Shown one piece after another: positions 62,897-64,000 of a DNA stretch of 64,000 bases. Each line of letters starts with the position of its first letter. Positions within the stretch are counted from its first letter, which is position 1. The notes beneath the pieces were generated by a model. It worked only from the letters and a program-made list of their open reading frames with translations, did no database searches and was not told the DNA's origin. Location: positions 26,910,001 through 26,974,000 of the forward strand of contig NW_024704743.1 of NCBI RefSeq assembly GCF_018977255.1, read 5' to 3'. Source of the DNA: Callorhinchus milii. Lineage: Eukaryota. A program made the position numbers and the translations under genes.

Positions 62897-63046
62897 CTGC
62901 ATTGCAAAGGCTTGTCAAGTCCACAACTGGACTTGACAAGCCTTTGCAATGCAGCCTTTGGCATTAATTAATGCCAACTAATTAATGGAGTTTATGCTTT
63001 CCATGATCATACACTAACCTAATTTAGTGTATGATCATGGAGAGCA
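62897..63046. repeat. Cluster of three inverted repeats
   Basis: 27-bp perfect arms (62897-62923 / 62928-62954), a 20-bp perfect palindrome (62958-62977), and 23-bp arms with one mismatch (62995-63017 / 63024-63046). Confidence 0.95.
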
Positions 63047-63774
63047 AAGAATCTCCGTGTGCTAAATTGAAAATAAATGTCTAATAAGAGGTTCTGAAAT
63101 GCTATACACTGTCCAGCACCTTGAGACATCCTCCCGACGTGAAAGGTGCTATACAAATGTAATCTTGTTGTTATTGTTGCAGTTTTCTTTGTAATATCTG
63201 TGTTTTATGTCCCAACTGCTTAAATTGTGCATGGTCACATAAAATGTTACCTCTGCTTCATTTGGGTTTACTCAATGGCAATTAATTTGTATAATTTATG
63301 GTTTGGAATAGATTGTGTATGTTTTGATGCATGGATTGTATGAAACCTTGTTGAGTTTTGTCATAATAAGTAACATGTCACCACTGACTGCAGATTGAAT
63401 TTATAGCAACAAGTTTCATAATACCTAATTATCTGAGGAGGTGAATTTATAAATCTTTATTCTTTGTGACATAATTACTAAAAAAAAAGACTTTAGTGGC
63501 ACAAGGCTCTAATTCAGGATTTTTTCAAAATTTCTTAATAAAATATATATAATTATCAAATTTCTAAAACATTGAAGAGAGCATTCTTCAGCACAATTGA
63601 CAGGCTGATTTTAGATGCAAACGTTTGTAGAGCTAAAAAGAGAATTTGGAATAAAATAGCACATCCCATGCTAAAGTCCCAATTGAATTCTGCTGGACTT
63701 TTTTTCCAGAGTTAACAATGTCATGTTATCAGCGTGAAGACCCTAATTGGCCCTCATTGGCCCTCCACATACAG

Positions 63775-64000
63775 GTGGAGTCCTGTAGCTCAGTGGTTAG
63801 AGCACTCGCTTTGCAAGCGAGAGACCTGAGTTCAATTCCAGGCAGAGGGCGAAACCTTGGGCAAGTTTCCTTACTCCACACAGAGCCTAATAATAATCCC
63901 TCCAAAAACCAAAAACAATAATAAATTGGTCATTTTCAATCTACGACTGTTTGTGGGACATTACTGTGCGCAATTGGCTGCCGCGTTCGCCCACAAATAT
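63775..64000 (+). mobile_element. tRNA-Ala-derived SINE, short variant (cut by the window end)
   Basis: GTGGAGTCCTGTAGCTCAGTGGTTAGAGCACTCGCTTTGCAAGCGAGAGACCTGAGTTCAATTCC head and body. Confidence 0.92.

Noticed and set aside
63775..63850. tRNA-Ala(TGC)-like sequence (also at 240-317, 5630-5705, 31255-31330)
   Set aside because: Each continues into the same SINE body and tail and lacks a proper acceptor stem and terminator; these are SINE heads, not tRNA genes.

Overview
AT-rich, repeat-dense vertebrate genomic DNA. The repeat mix (tRNA-Ala-headed SINEs with (ATT)n tails, Deu-domain SINEs, L2 LINEs with (TTG)n tails, CR1 LINEs) suggests a cartilaginous fish such as a chimaera; this is an inference. 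I can identify one host gene: a two-exon FITM1 (fat storage-inducing transmembrane protein 1)-type gene on the minus strand (exons 48534-48353 and 47437-46804, 271 aa). Its intron is almost pure microsatellite, a muscle-type motif island lies upstream, and a TA-flanked MITE sits in its likely 3' UTR. Most other ORFs in the track are L2/CR1 reverse-transcriptase fragments, SINE read-throughs or microsatellite artefacts. The most notable features not captured by the ORF track are (1) a decayed, mostly pol-less endogenous retrovirus-like element at about 39.8-44.4 kb (minus strand) with a coiled-coil Gag, an MHR-like motif, two zinc knuckles, a Lys-type PBS-like site and an Env fusion-peptide-like remnant, and (2) three consecutive hairpins plus a templated copy of upstream DNA at 62.9-63.05 kb. 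Repeat boundaries were read by eye and are approximate unless a junction is quoted. No database searches were run.
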